DNA of 64,000 nucleotides from Bacillales bacterium UBA7581 (GTDB lineage Bacteria > Bacillota_I > Bacilli_A > RFN20 > CAG-826): positions 2,126 to 66,125 of the forward strand of contig DLKT01000045.1 of NCBI GenBank assembly GCA_002477825.1, read 5' to 3'. The notes below the pieces were generated by a model. That model had not been told where the DNA came from and did no database searches. It saw only the letters and a program-made list of their open reading frames with translations. This document shows, in pieces, positions 52,984-62,931 of this stretch; positions within the stretch are counted from its first letter, which is position 1; each line of letters begins with the position of its first letter. Made by a program: the position numbers and the translations under genes.

Positions 52984-55701
52984 ATGAAAAAGAAACTAAT
53001 TAGTTTTCTACTACTTGGCGTAGCTTTTTCTCTTGCTTCTTGTGGTAATACTCCCGCTTCTACAACCTCTTCTAATGTTCCAGAAGCAAAAGAGTATTAT
53101 TTAACAGGTGATATGGATTTAGGCGACGCTACCAAACTTCAATTCACCAAGGACGGAGACACATATACGTTAAGTAATGTTACCTTACGTCGTGGTAATT
53201 CTTTCCAAATTTCTGAAAAGCATGGAGCTCTAGATTTTAGTCATTTATCTTCAGCTTTAGGATTTAAAGAAGGAAAAAACGGTTACATTCGTGTTATGAA
53301 CGAAGGTATCTATAATATTTCCATCAACGCTGATGAAAACATTTCTCTTACTAAAACCGCTAGTTCTTATAGCAAAGTTCAATTACATGTAGGAGAAGAT
53401 AAAGCATTCGATTTCACCATGAATGATAACTTCACATATCAATTAAATGATGTTGCTCTTCCCTATCGTGAAAATTTTTACATTACTTTAGATGATGAGC
53501 GTTTATCTTTTAATGATTTTGATTACAATGACCTATACTATTCCACTTTACGTTTCAATGAAAATAAAGTGCAAGTTGTTCAAAAAGGTGATTTTAATTT
53601 TGCTTTAAATTTCGCTAACGAAAATGCACTTTTAGTGACAAGTGAAAATTTAAAACTTCCTCAAGAATTACCTACTGACCCTGATAGTTATGTAAATCTT
53701 GTTAATTCTTTGAATAATCAATTTACCTTAGAAGGTTCTAAATTCACTTTAACAGAAACGACCTATCTTGCAGAAGATAAATCCACTGCTAACATTTATT
53801 ATGAAGAAGGTATTTCTTTAAATGAACGTTACTACACTGAAAAACATGGTGACGAAGAAGATGCTTATGAATCAATCCGTGCGAATATCCTTACAGAAAC
53901 GAATTATTACGAGATTACTCGTTATATTAATTCCACTTCGACACCTTCTTTAAATGGCTATCTTATTGGCGAGCAACCCGATAATAGCGATACCGATTCT
54001 ACCATTGTTAAATTAGACAAAAACTATTTAACCTTAGAAAAAGCGAAAGATCGTATGCTTACTTTAGTGGGAAAAGATTCTTTTGTGAAAGCTAATCTTT
54101 TAAGTCCTACAAAAGTACTCCACTTAGCGAGTAACGAACATTCATCTTCTTATGACAATGCTTATTACGCTGATGCTAAAATTACTGCAAAATATGCTGG
54201 TTCTGTAGGTGATGGTATGGAAATCAAGGCTTCTAACACCGAAAAGTATTCCACTTCTACCACTCATAAAGCAGTGACAAATGAAATTGAGTTTACTACC
54301 GATAATCTTAGTCATTTAACTAAAGGAAAATATGTTCTTTCTTATTATGAAGGAAATAATATCTTTGATGAAAATGAAAATTTATTAGATACTGCTTCAC
54401 CTTATAAAACTATCACTTATTCATTTACTTATGAATATGAAACACGTGAAGAATCTACATCTTTCCATATTGATTTAAGCAAATACTTATTAGATGAAGT
54501 ATATTTAGCTTCCAGTATTACTGTTAAAGCCGGCGATACAATTAACAATCAAAGTTTATTAATTGTTGATTATGAACCTCTTGACGCTATTGATAAAAAC
54601 AAACTCCAAATTGTTGAATTTGATAGCGAATATCTCGAACAAGGTAAAGGTGATAAAACCACATTCACCGCAAAGAAAAAAGGCGAAACATCTGTAAAAG
54701 TTGGTACTTTATACAGCAATAAAACTTATAGCTTAGCTGTTCATATTGAATACAAAGATCCTAATAATATTTCAATTAGTCCAAGTGTTTCTTCTTCTAC
54801 AGAGTTCTATGTTGGAACAACCTATAACTTTACTGCTACTATATCTCCATCAGGTTATGCTGATCCTGCTGTAACAGTTGAAGTTTCTGATGCAAGTAAA
54901 GTTCAATTAACGATAGATGATGTTGAAACACAACGCAAAAACGGAAAAGCTAACTTCTCTTTAAAAATGTTAGAAGCTTCCGATACCGCTATTACTGTTA
55001 CCATAAAGAGTGTGAGTAAGCCAAGCGTAACAAGCAAGATTACAATTAATAAAATTCTCCCAGCCTTAACCATTGCTGATTTTGCTGGTACTTATTATCA
55101 TTTTAGAGATAATAAAACATGGACTCTTACAATTGCGGCTGATGGACAATCCAATTTATCCAACGATCAAGGCGCCTCTTATAGTTTCAAAGCCAAAGCA
55201 GAAGGCGCTAGTGCAGTGTTAGATTCAAGCGATGACGTTGCTTCATTCTCTGCTACGATAAGTGTTTACAATTCAACTGCCGGTATTCATTCTCTTGAAG
55301 TATCTGAATTTACTTTAAAAGATGGAACTGATGTTAAGAATAGTATTTATGGATATTCTAGCATAAAATTCTATGAAGCATGGGCAAATTTCTATACTTA
55401 TGATAAAATGAGCGATTCTGAAAATAATGCAACAATTGAATTAGTCGAACTAACTGTATCGTCAACCTATAACCCACCTAGTGCCAAATATAAAATCACT
55501 ATGGGAGATGTAACTTATACCTTTACTTGGTCTTCTTCAAGCTATGGAACCGGTAGCATTAGTGATGTCAAGGCTAGTAACTCTTCTTCTAACGTTTATA
55601 GTAGTTTGAGTAATGTAACAGATAATTCCTTTACTTTAAGACTTTATTCTTATGGTTCACCATCATTTGACATCACCTTCAATTTCAGCTCAGCTGCATA
55701 A
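52984..55701 (+). CDS. Large surface lipoprotein (905 aa) with Big_2-like domains
   Basis: Lipobox SLASC and AAGGAGG RBS. Ig-like segments around VKAGDTINNQSLLIVDYEPLDAIDK...ETSVKVGTL and VGTTYNFTATISPSGYADPAVTVEVSDASKVQL. Confidence 0.7.
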   Translation: MKKKLISFLLLGVAFSLASCGNTPASTTSSNVPEAKEYYLTGDMDLGDATKLQFTKDGDTYTLSNVTLRRGNSFQISEKHGALDFSHLSSALGFKEGKNGYIRVMNEGIYNISINADENISLTKTASSYSKVQLHVGEDKAFDFTMNDNFTYQLNDVALPYRENFYITLDDERLSFNDFDYNDLYYSTLRFNENKVQVVQKGDFNFALNFANENALLVTSENLKLPQELPTDPDSYVNLVNSLNNQFTLEGSKFTLTETTYLAEDKSTANIYYEEGISLNERYYTEKHGDEEDAYESIRANILTETNYYEITRYINSTSTPSLNGYLIGEQPDNSDTDSTIVKLDKNYLTLEKAKDRMLTLVGKDSFVKANLLSPTKVLHLASNEHSSSYDNAYYADAKITAKYAGSVGDGMEIKASNTEKYSTSTTHKAVTNEIEFTTDNLSHLTKGKYVLSYYEGNNIFDENENLLDTASPYKTITYSFTYEYETREESTSFHIDLSKYLLDEVYLASSITVKAGDTINNQSLLIVDYEPLDAIDKNKLQIVEFDSEYLEQGKGDKTTFTAKKKGETSVKVGTLYSNKTYSLAVHIEYKDPNNISISPSVSSSTEFYVGTTYNFTATISPSGYADPAVTVEVSDASKVQLTIDDVETQRKNGKANFSLKMLEASDTAITVTIKSVSKPSVTSKITINKILPALTIADFAGTYYHFRDNKTWTLTIAADGQSNLSNDQGASYSFKAKAEGASAVLDSSDDVASFSATISVYNSTAGIHSLEVSEFTLKDGTDVKNSIYGYSSIKFYEAWANFYTYDKMSDSENNATIELVELTVSSTYNPPSAKYKITMGDVTYTFTWSSSSYGTGSISDVKASNSSSNVYSSLSNVTDNSFTLRLYSYGSPSFDITFNFSSAA

Positions 55702-55716
55702 TTAATAATTTGAACT

Positions 55717-55745
55717 AATCCAGTGATTCTTTCGCTGGATTTTTT
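55717..55745 (+). terminator. Intrinsic terminator after the 905-aa lipoprotein gene
   Basis: AATCCAG-11 nt-CTGGATT followed by a T-run. Confidence 0.7.
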
Positions 55746-55774
55746 CTTATGTTATAATGCTTTCGGTGATACAA

Positions 55775-56959
55775 ATGTTTGCACTTTTGCTTGCTGTTAT
55801 TTATTTAACTTTTATATCATTAGGCCTTCCTGATTCTTTATTAGGTTCAGCATGGCCAAAAATGCATCTAGATTTAAATGTCCCAGTATCTTATATGGGA
55901 ATTGTAACGATGATAATTTCCGCATGTACGATTATTTCTAGTCTTTTTTCTGATCGTTTGACGAAGAAATTTTCTACCAAAATCGTTACCCTTGTTAGTG
56001 TTTTCTTAACCGCAATCGCCATTTTAGGCTTTTCATTTACAAGGAATTTTATTGTGCTTTGTTTACTTGCTGTTCCTTATGGATTAGGTGCTGGTGCCAT
56101 TGACGCTGCTTTAAATAATTATGTTGCCAATCATTATTCTTCTAAACATATGAACTGGCTACATTGCTTTTGGGGCGTAGGAACCATTGCTAGTCCCTAT
56201 GTCATGAGTTATGCTTTATCAACCGAACAAAGTTGGCCGTTAGGATATCGTATTATTTCTTATGTTCAATTTGGAATTACGCTAATTCTTTTCTTATCTC
56301 TTCCTTTATGGAACAAAGGAAAAAGTCATGAAGTAGAAAAAAATGAAGAAGAACAAAATACAAAAGTTCTTTCTTTTAAAGAAAAACTAAAGATGAAAGG
56401 ACTGATTTATCTTCTATTCACTTTCTTATTTTATTGCTCTATTGAATCTATTTTTATTCAGTGGACTAGTACGTATTTAGTGAATGCAAAAGAATTCTCC
56501 AACGAATTAGCCGCTGCGTATGCTTCTTTCTTCTTTATTGGAATGACTTTAGGTCGTTTAGTTTCCGGTTTCATTTCGCACAAATTAAATGATAAAAAAA
56601 TGATTATCTTTGGAAGTGTAATTATCTTTATGGGTATAATTCTATTATATTTACCCATACAGAATCACATATTCACTCTTATTATGCTGATTTTAATCGG
56701 CTTTGGTTGTGGACCAATTTATCCCGCGATTATCCATGCAACACCGATATTTTTTGATAAAAAAGAATCACAGGGCATTATCGGTTTAGAAATGGCAAGT
56801 GCTTATATTGGCTCTACTTTTATGCCACCTTTATTTGGCATAATTTCAAAACAAATTTCTTTTCAAATTTTGCCTTATGTTATCTCCATTCTCTTTGTTT
56901 TATTTATGACTTTCTTCATTCTTCTTTTAAAAAAGATTGAAAAGAAAAACAAAGATTAA
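55775..56959 (+). CDS. MFS transporter
   Basis: 12-TM profile with an N-terminal LGLPDSLLGSAWP motif. The track start 55757 overlaps an extended -10 (TGTTATAAT, 55750-55758), so ATG 55775 (GGTGA RBS) is preferred. The start is uncertain. Confidence 0.75.
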   Translation: MFALLLAVIYLTFISLGLPDSLLGSAWPKMHLDLNVPVSYMGIVTMIISACTIISSLFSDRLTKKFSTKIVTLVSVFLTAIAILGFSFTRNFIVLCLLAVPYGLGAGAIDAALNNYVANHYSSKHMNWLHCFWGVGTIASPYVMSYALSTEQSWPLGYRIISYVQFGITLILFLSLPLWNKGKSHEVEKNEEEQNTKVLSFKEKLKMKGLIYLLFTFLFYCSIESIFIQWTSTYLVNAKEFSNELAAAYASFFFIGMTLGRLVSGFISHKLNDKKMIIFGSVIIFMGIILLYLPIQNHIFTLIMLILIGFGCGPIYPAIIHATPIFFDKKESQGIIGLEMASAYIGSTFMPPLFGIISKQISFQILPYVISILFVLFMTFFILLLKKIEKKNKD

Positions 56960-57004
56960 TTATTTTCTTTTTCTTTGCTATAGTAATAAAAGGAGGCTAT
57001 ATTT

Positions 57005-58255
57005 ATGTCCTATTTTCATCATTTTATCGAACTACACGCTCACTTAGATGGCTCTATCACATTAGATATTGCTAAAGATCTCATGAAATCACAAAACATT
57101 CCTTTATTAGACGATGAAGAATTGTTAGCGAAACTTACTCTTCCACCCACTTGTGAAAGTTTAAATGACTTTTTAAAATGTTTTGAAATGCCTTTAACCC
57201 TTTTACAAACAAAAGAAGCTTTAAAACGGGCTACTTATTTAATTTTAGAGAATATGAAAAATCAAGGCGTAATTTATGCCGAGCTTCGTTTTGCTCCCCA
57301 ACTTCATACCCAAAAAGGATTAACGCAAGAAGACGCTTTATTAGCGGTTTTAGAAGGCGCAAAAGAAGCTTCTATTCCTTGTAATTTGATTCTATGTTTC
57401 ATGCGTGGCGAGGGTAACGAAAAAGAAAATGAAGAAACTTTAGAACTCGCCCATCGTTATTTAACGACGGATCACGGCGTTGTTGCTCTTGATTTAGCGG
57501 GTGCAGAAGCCTTATTTCCTACTAAAAAATATAAAGCATTATTTAAAAAAGCTTATGACTACCATATTCCTTTTACCATTCATGCTGGAGAAGCGGATGA
57601 TGAAAGTAGTGTGAAAGATGCATTATCTTTTGGAGCGAGAAGAATCGGACACGGCATTAGAATTCAAAAAGATTCTCCTTTATTAAAAGAAATCAAAGAA
57701 AAAAACATTTGTTTAGAAATGTGTCCAACCAGTAACCGCCAAACCAAAGCGGTTTCGAATATGAATGAATATCCTCTTTCTTATTATTTGAGTTTAGGTT
57801 TATGCGCTACCATCAATACCGATGATATGGCCATTGAGGGAACAACCTTAAAAAATGAATTTGATTATATTGAAAAACAATATAATATTTCTTATGAGCA
57901 AGAATTACAACTCTTAAAAAATGCAATTTCGGGTGCTTTCTGCTCTGATATTACAAAAGAAGCTCTTCTTAAGGTCATTCAATCGGATATTTCAATCCTT
58001 ACGAAACACGATTCCATTCGTTATCTACAAAATGGAAAAGTCATTGCGGAAATCGATTTCCCAGCAACAGCTAATGATGAAATTACCATCACTCATACCT
58101 TTGTAGATGACTGTTTAAGAGGTCAAGGATACGCGAAAAAACTAGTAGAAGACGTTATTATTTACGCGAAAGAAAACCATAAATATATCCGTGCAACTTG
58201 CTCTTATGCCCTTCATTATTTTGAAAAAAATCCTAACTCCCTTTATCGGGGTTAG
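57005..58255 (+). CDS. add: Adenosine deaminase fused to a C-terminal small GNAT-like (Acetyltransf_CG/YjdJ-type) domain
   Basis: ELHAHLDGS, HAGE and NTDD deaminase motifs fall in residues 1 to about 335. The C-terminal ~85 aa read ...ITITHTFVDDCLRGQGYAKKLVEDVIIYAKENHKYIRATCSYA. Confidence 0.85.
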   Translation: MSYFHHFIELHAHLDGSITLDIAKDLMKSQNIPLLDDEELLAKLTLPPTCESLNDFLKCFEMPLTLLQTKEALKRATYLILENMKNQGVIYAELRFAPQLHTQKGLTQEDALLAVLEGAKEASIPCNLILCFMRGEGNEKENEETLELAHRYLTTDHGVVALDLAGAEALFPTKKYKALFKKAYDYHIPFTIHAGEADDESSVKDALSFGARRIGHGIRIQKDSPLLKEIKEKNICLEMCPTSNRQTKAVSNMNEYPLSYYLSLGLCATINTDDMAIEGTTLKNEFDYIEKQYNISYEQELQLLKNAISGAFCSDITKEALLKVIQSDISILTKHDSIRYLQNGKVIAEIDFPATANDEITITHTFVDDCLRGQGYAKKLVEDVIIYAKENHKYIRATCSYALHYFEKNPNSLYRG

Positions 58256-58261
58256 GACTTT

Positions 58262-58801
58262 TTATTTTTGATAAAGAAAGCACTCTTTTTCATGAGAGTT
58301 GATAATACCAATCGCTTGCAAATAAGAATAAATAATCGTAGAACCTACAAACTTCATTCCCCTTTTTTGTAAATCTTTAGAAATTGCATCAGAAATAGGT
58401 GAAGTCGTACGTCCAATCTCATAAATTATTGTTTCTGGTAGAAACTCTTTTAAGTAAGAATAAAAGCTACCATAACTAGCTACAATATCTTTAAAAATTT
58501 TTGCATTTTGAATACTCGCTTTAATTTTTAAATGGTTGCGGATTAATTGCGGATTATGACATAGTTCTTCTATCTTTTTTTCATCATATAAACATACTTT
58601 TTCTATATCAAATTGGTCATACGCCGCTATAAAAGCTTCTCTTTTATTTAAAACGCATTCCCAAGATAATCCAGCTTGAAAAGATTCTAAAATGAGCATT
58701 TCAAAAAGATAGTGATCATCTGTTTGGAGTTTTCCCCATTCATCATCATGATAATCTACGTATTTTGGATTCTTTACATTACACCACGAACATCGTTTCA
58801 T
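58262..58801 (-). CDS. tag: DNA-3-methyladenine glycosylase I
   Basis: MKRCSWCNVKNPKYVDYHDDEWG Zn-snap N-terminus and the ESFQAGLSW motif. Confidence 0.9.
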   Translation of the reverse strand: MKRCSWCNVKNPKYVDYHDDEWGKLQTDDHYLFEMLILESFQAGLSWECVLNKREAFIAAYDQFDIEKVCLYDEKKIEELCHNPQLIRNHLKIKASIQNAKIFKDIVASYGSFYSYLKEFLPETIIYEIGRTTSPISDAISKDLQKRGMKFVGSTIIYSYLQAIGIINSHEKECFLYQK

Positions 58802-59325
58802 AAAGCATTCCCTTTCTTCGGAATATAGTATTGGCTCATATCTAATTTTTCGAGTTGAAGAAGTTGATATTTATGTATAATTCCACCTCCATAACCCACA
58901 AGATTTCCATTAGTACCCACCACGCGATGACAAGGAATAATTAAGCATATAGGATTCCATCCTACGGCATGACCTACTGCTTGTGCAGACATTTTTTTGA
59001 TGCCTTTTTTTCTAGCAATTTCTTTAGCAATATCACCATAAGTAATCACTTTCCCATAAGGAATACTTTTTATTCTATCGAGCACTTCTTTACGAAAAGG
59101 TGTTAAATTTTCAATTCGGTAACTGGGTGTAAAATCAGGATTTTCTCCTTTAAAATAAATATCTAACCAACGTTTCGTTTCTAAAAAAATGGGAAGTTCT
59201 TTTCTTTCTTCTAAAGTATGTTTAAGACGATCTCTAGAATCATCGAAAAATAAGCCCATTAAATATTCTCCATCACTTGTCATATACATTTTTCCAATCG
59301 GTGAAACATACTCTTGATAATACAT
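58798..59325 (-). CDS. ogt: Methylated-DNA--protein-cysteine methyltransferase
   Basis: IPCHRVV active-site motif; 175 aa. 4-nt overlap with tag. Confidence 0.9.
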   Translation of the reverse strand: MYYQEYVSPIGKMYMTSDGEYLMGLFFDDSRDRLKHTLEERKELPIFLETKRWLDIYFKGENPDFTPSYRIENLTPFRKEVLDRIKSIPYGKVITYGDIAKEIARKKGIKKMSAQAVGHAVGWNPICLIIPCHRVVGTNGNLVGYGGGIIHKYQLLQLEKLDMSQYYIPKKGNAL

Positions 59326-59353
59326 ACAGAGCCTCCTTTCTTATAAAACTCTT

Positions 59354-60103
59354 CTATTTCTTTAATATTCTTTCTAAATAGGCCGTATCTAACAAATTTA
59401 CAGTGATGAATTTACCCTGATAAAAAACGGCATAGTTATTCATTGGGCACGGAAGATTTTTTGCTTCTAGTAAAGAATCTACAAAATGAAAGGAAATTGG
59501 AATTTGATGAGATAAACAATACTCTTCTATCTTTTTTAACGTTACATCAATATACGGGCATTGATACGTATAAAAAATGGTGAGCTCTTGTTGATCGATT
59601 TTTTCTTTTTTGGCATTTTCTTTAAAATGCGGATAAGTTCCATCAAACGAAAGCGCTAAAACCTGATAGCCACTTGGTGTTTCATCTACTATCTCGAATC
59701 CATTTCTTTTAAAGAATTCTTGGCCTGTTAACCAAGTTTTTTGCTTTTGATGCGCTAAAAGGCATAAGCCAGACTTTCCTTGATTTTTTGCATCTTCAAT
59801 AGCGTACTCTAATAATTCTTTGCCATATCCTTTATGACGATATTCTCCTAACGTCCAAAGGCAATAAATATACATATAATTATTTCCTTCTATAGGAACC
59901 CACGCTACTTCTAAAGGTGCATATTCAATAAACACTGTGGCTTTAGGTTCATTTAGTTTACGAAAGATATGACCTTCTTGAATCCGATCTTTTAGCCATT
60001 CTTTTTTATGAAGAACACCAGTTGGTTGCTTTTTAGAACGAATAATGCAACAGATGTGCTCTTTTTCTATATTTTCTAATGTTAAATTAACGTATTCATT
60101 CAT
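59354..60103 (-). CDS. GNAT N-acetyltransferase with YoaP-like C-terminal domain
   Basis: EKEHICCIIRSKK...KKEWLKDRIQEGHIFRKL...VFIEYAPLEVAWVPI...HKGYGKELLEYAIEDAK matches the YoaP family layout. The start is taken at MNEYVNL. Confidence 0.7.
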   Translation of the reverse strand: MNEYVNLTLENIEKEHICCIIRSKKQPTGVLHKKEWLKDRIQEGHIFRKLNEPKATVFIEYAPLEVAWVPIEGNNYMYIYCLWTLGEYRHKGYGKELLEYAIEDAKNQGKSGLCLLAHQKQKTWLTGQEFFKRNGFEIVDETPSGYQVLALSFDGTYPHFKENAKKEKIDQQELTIFYTYQCPYIDVTLKKIEEYCLSHQIPISFHFVDSLLEAKNLPCPMNNYAVFYQGKFITVNLLDTAYLERILKK

Positions 60104-60220
60104 CACTTTTTTCCTCTTCAAAATCATCTTTATTTTATCATATTTTAATATGTAAAAAACAGATTAAAAGAATTGATATTCATAATGAAAAGTGCTTTAA
60201 TAGAGCCGGAGATGATTTTT

Positions 60221-61252
60221 ATGATAGAAAAAGCATTAAAAGCAATCACCAACGAAGATTTTTTAGCGGCAATCACAACAGCAATTTTATTAATTATTTT
60301 AGGATTTGCCTTGCAAAAGATGAAGCTATTTAATGAACATAGTAAAAAAACGGTCACAACGATTTTAATGAAAATTGCTCTCCCTTGTTTAGCCTTTGTA
60401 GGGTTTCTCATTGATTTCAATACGCAAACACTACAAGAGTCTTTATGGATTATCCTATTTACTGTTATTGGCTATTTATTGTTTTTAGGTATCGGTCGAT
60501 TACTCTATATGAAAAAGCCACATGACACTGCTTCTTTATACAGTATTCTAATTACCTTTGGACAAATAACACTTTTTGGTTTACCCCTAGCTAAAGCTAT
60601 TTATCAAGAAAATGGAATCTTAGTTGGTAATATGATGTCGATTCCCTTTCGAGTATTCGTTTATATCTATTGTTTTTTAGCTGTATCTGGCATTAAATTT
60701 GAAAAAGAAACGATTTCCTCCACTTTAAAAAATGTATTCTGTAATCCAATTATTATTGCAATGCTCTGTTCCATTCTTTTATGGGTCCTTCAACCCATTA
60801 TGCCTAAAGTAACCATTAATGAAGTGCAATATAGCATTTTCCGTTTCGATAAAACGGTGCCTTGGATTTATAAAACATTAAATACAGTTGCTAATTTAAC
60901 CATGCCATTAAGTATGCTTTTAGTAGGTATTACCCTAGGTGAGGCTGATATTAAAACAGCATTTAGCAACAAAACCGCATGGCTTATTTCTGTTTTTAGA
61001 AGTGTAATTTCACCTTTAGTATTAATAGGAATTATTTATGTATTTGTCCTTCTTTTCAAACTTACATTAACCAAAGAAGTCATTGCTTCTATTGTTATTT
61101 GTTTTGCCGCACCTGTATCAGCGGTTGTTAATACCTTCTGTATTCACTATAATCGAGAACCTACACTATCAAGTAATAGTTGTTTCTTATCCACTCTACT
61201 TTATATTGTTTTCATCCCATTCATTATTGTCCTTGTTGAACTCATCTTTTAA
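60221..61252 (+). CDS. AEC (auxin efflux carrier) family permease
   Basis: About 10 TM segments in two halves. ATG 60221 has a GGAGA RBS; the earlier in-frame ATGs lack one. Confidence 0.7.
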   Translation: MIEKALKAITNEDFLAAITTAILLIILGFALQKMKLFNEHSKKTVTTILMKIALPCLAFVGFLIDFNTQTLQESLWIILFTVIGYLLFLGIGRLLYMKKPHDTASLYSILITFGQITLFGLPLAKAIYQENGILVGNMMSIPFRVFVYIYCFLAVSGIKFEKETISSTLKNVFCNPIIIAMLCSILLWVLQPIMPKVTINEVQYSIFRFDKTVPWIYKTLNTVANLTMPLSMLLVGITLGEADIKTAFSNKTAWLISVFRSVISPLVLIGIIYVFVLLFKLTLTKEVIASIVICFAAPVSAVVNTFCIHYNREPTLSSNSCFLSTLLYIVFIPFIIVLVELIF

Positions 61253-61306
61253 TTCTTTATTTGCCTAGCAAAATAAGCTAGAATGAAATAAAAGGGGGGG
61301 AATGCT

Positions 61307-61678
61307 ATGTTTTCAATCGAGCAAATATTAGAGAAATATATTTTAAGAGTGGTTAAAGTTAGAGAAGACACTTATATCATTAATCCTGATATTTATTTAG
61401 ATAACTATAACGAAAGCCTAGCTTTTCTTATTCAAAATATATCGGATGAATGTATGCGTATTAGTGACTGCCATGTTGTATGGGACTATTTAGAAATGAA
61501 TGGAATTGAGCCTTTAAAGCATAAAGAAAAAATCGATAAAATTCTTGAAAGAACGGGCGTTTGCTTGGATGAAAACACACTTTACATCCAGCAAAAATAT
61601 ACTTCTATCGATCAAATTCATTCCATGATAAATTCACTTCTACAAGCTATCTTTTTAATTGCTAATATTGATTTATAG
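61307..61678 (+). CDS. Hypothetical cytoplasmic protein (123 aa)
   Basis: GGGGGG-rich RBS region upstream and no TM. I have only a vague recollection of DUF1828-like proteins, so this is not a secure assignment. Confidence 0.35.
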   Translation: MFSIEQILEKYILRVVKVREDTYIINPDIYLDNYNESLAFLIQNISDECMRISDCHVVWDYLEMNGIEPLKHKEKIDKILERTGVCLDENTLYIQQKYTSIDQIHSMINSLLQAIFLIANIDL

Positions 61679-62052
61679 ATTTGCCATAAAAATATCCTTA
61701 TGAACAATACCTTAGCCCTATTTATCGAACCGTTTTAAAGAAAAATAGTGATGGTGAATGCAGTTGAAGTAGGAGTTGGCGAAGCTGTATCATCAAGATA
61801 CCAAAACTATTTAGGTTCACTCATTTCAACTTCTCCATCATTTGATGTCTCAACATGGAGAGAAATCGATAGTTAAATAAATTTATAAATTAAGCATAAG
61901 ACGATTTTTATTTCTACTTAGATGATTTATACAGTAGCTATTGTTTTCTATGTCTTGACCTTTATTGCTAGCGCAAATACAACGGTTTGCCAAAGCAAAA
62001 TCAATTAACTTTTATATAATACTATCTATTCTTGCTTATTTTAATTGATTTA

Positions 62053-62931
62053 TCAATCGTTTTTATTTAATATCAGTTTTAATTCTTCTTTTACATAAGA
62101 AAGATTACTATTCGCTAATAATGGTATTATCTTTTGAATTTCATTTGGTGTTCTATTCCACCATTTTAATTGTTCTAGCAATTCTATCATTTCATCATCA
62201 AATCGTTTTTTTATGATTTTAGCTGGATTTCCCACTACAATACAATAAGGAGGAATATCAGAAGCTACTACTGCGTTAGCGCCAATAATACATCCATCTC
62301 CCACATGTACTCCAGGAAGAAAAGTAACATTTTGACCAATCCAAACATCATTTCCTATTACCGTATCTCCTTTGTAGGGAAGATCTTTTTTTGATGGTGG
62401 ATTTTGCTCCCAACCATGAAATATATAAAAAGGATAAGTCGATACTGCATTCATTTGGTGATTAGCGCCATTCATAATAAACTCTACATTTCTTCCAATT
62501 TGACAAAATTTCCCAATGATTAATTTGTCACCGATAAAATCATAATGATGGGTAACATGCTCTTGAAAATTTTGTCCATCAAAATAAGTATAATCACCCA
62601 CTTCAATATTAGGGCAATTTTTTAATGTCACCTTAATATACGTAACACTTTCATCACCCGATTTAAGAGGATGGATTTCTTTTTGATCTAATTGTGTGTT
62701 TGTAACTATGTTATCCCTTTCTTGTTCCTTTTTTTCAAAATCTATTTTTAAATCTAAGGCATTAAGAATACAACAAATAACATCAGCGGATGGATTCATG
62801 GAAAAATTTTCAATTCTACCAATTGTTGATTGAGGAATATGACATTTTTTCGCCAATTCTACTTGTGTTAGACCTTTTTCTTTTCTTTTTAATTTTATTG
62901 TTTTAATTAATTCAATGGTTGACTCATTCAT
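62053..62931 (-). CDS. XRE-HTH domain fused to a Vat-type xenobiotic (streptogramin A) O-acetyltransferase
   Basis: The N-terminal ~65 aa form an HTH_3 domain (KGLTQVELAKKCHIPQSTIGRIENFSMNPS). The C-terminal ~215 aa align along their length with VatD as I remember it (IEVGDYTYFDG..., IIGKFCQIG..., IMNGANHQMN, STYPF, GDTVIGNDVWIG, VVGNPAKIIKKRFDDE, LKWWN). There is no internal start codon. Confidence 0.8.
   Translation of the reverse strand: MNESTIELIKTIKLKRKEKGLTQVELAKKCHIPQSTIGRIENFSMNPSADVICCILNALDLKIDFEKKEQERDNIVTNTQLDQKEIHPLKSGDESVTYIKVTLKNCPNIEVGDYTYFDGQNFQEHVTHHYDFIGDKLIIGKFCQIGRNVEFIMNGANHQMNAVSTYPFYIFHGWEQNPPSKKDLPYKGDTVIGNDVWIGQNVTFLPGVHVGDGCIIGANAVVASDIPPYCIVVGNPAKIIKKRFDDEMIELLEQLKWWNRTPNEIQKIIPLLANSNLSYVKEELKLILNKND

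Noticed and set aside
61763-61888. 41-codon ORF (MVNAVEVGVGEAVSSRYQNYLGSLISTSPSFDVSTWREIDS) in the 374-bp gap before the Vat gene
   Set aside because: It has no RBS and no recognisable family, and it is too short to judge. It is locally more GC-rich, so it might be a decayed gene fragment, but I cannot support that claim.
61999-62050. 10-bp inverted repeat AATCAATTAA ... TTAATTGATT just downstream of the Vat stop, as a terminator or mobile-element end
   Set aside because: The stem is all A-T with a 32-nt loop and only a weak U-tract. No matching second copy or transposase is present. At best it is a weak terminator.
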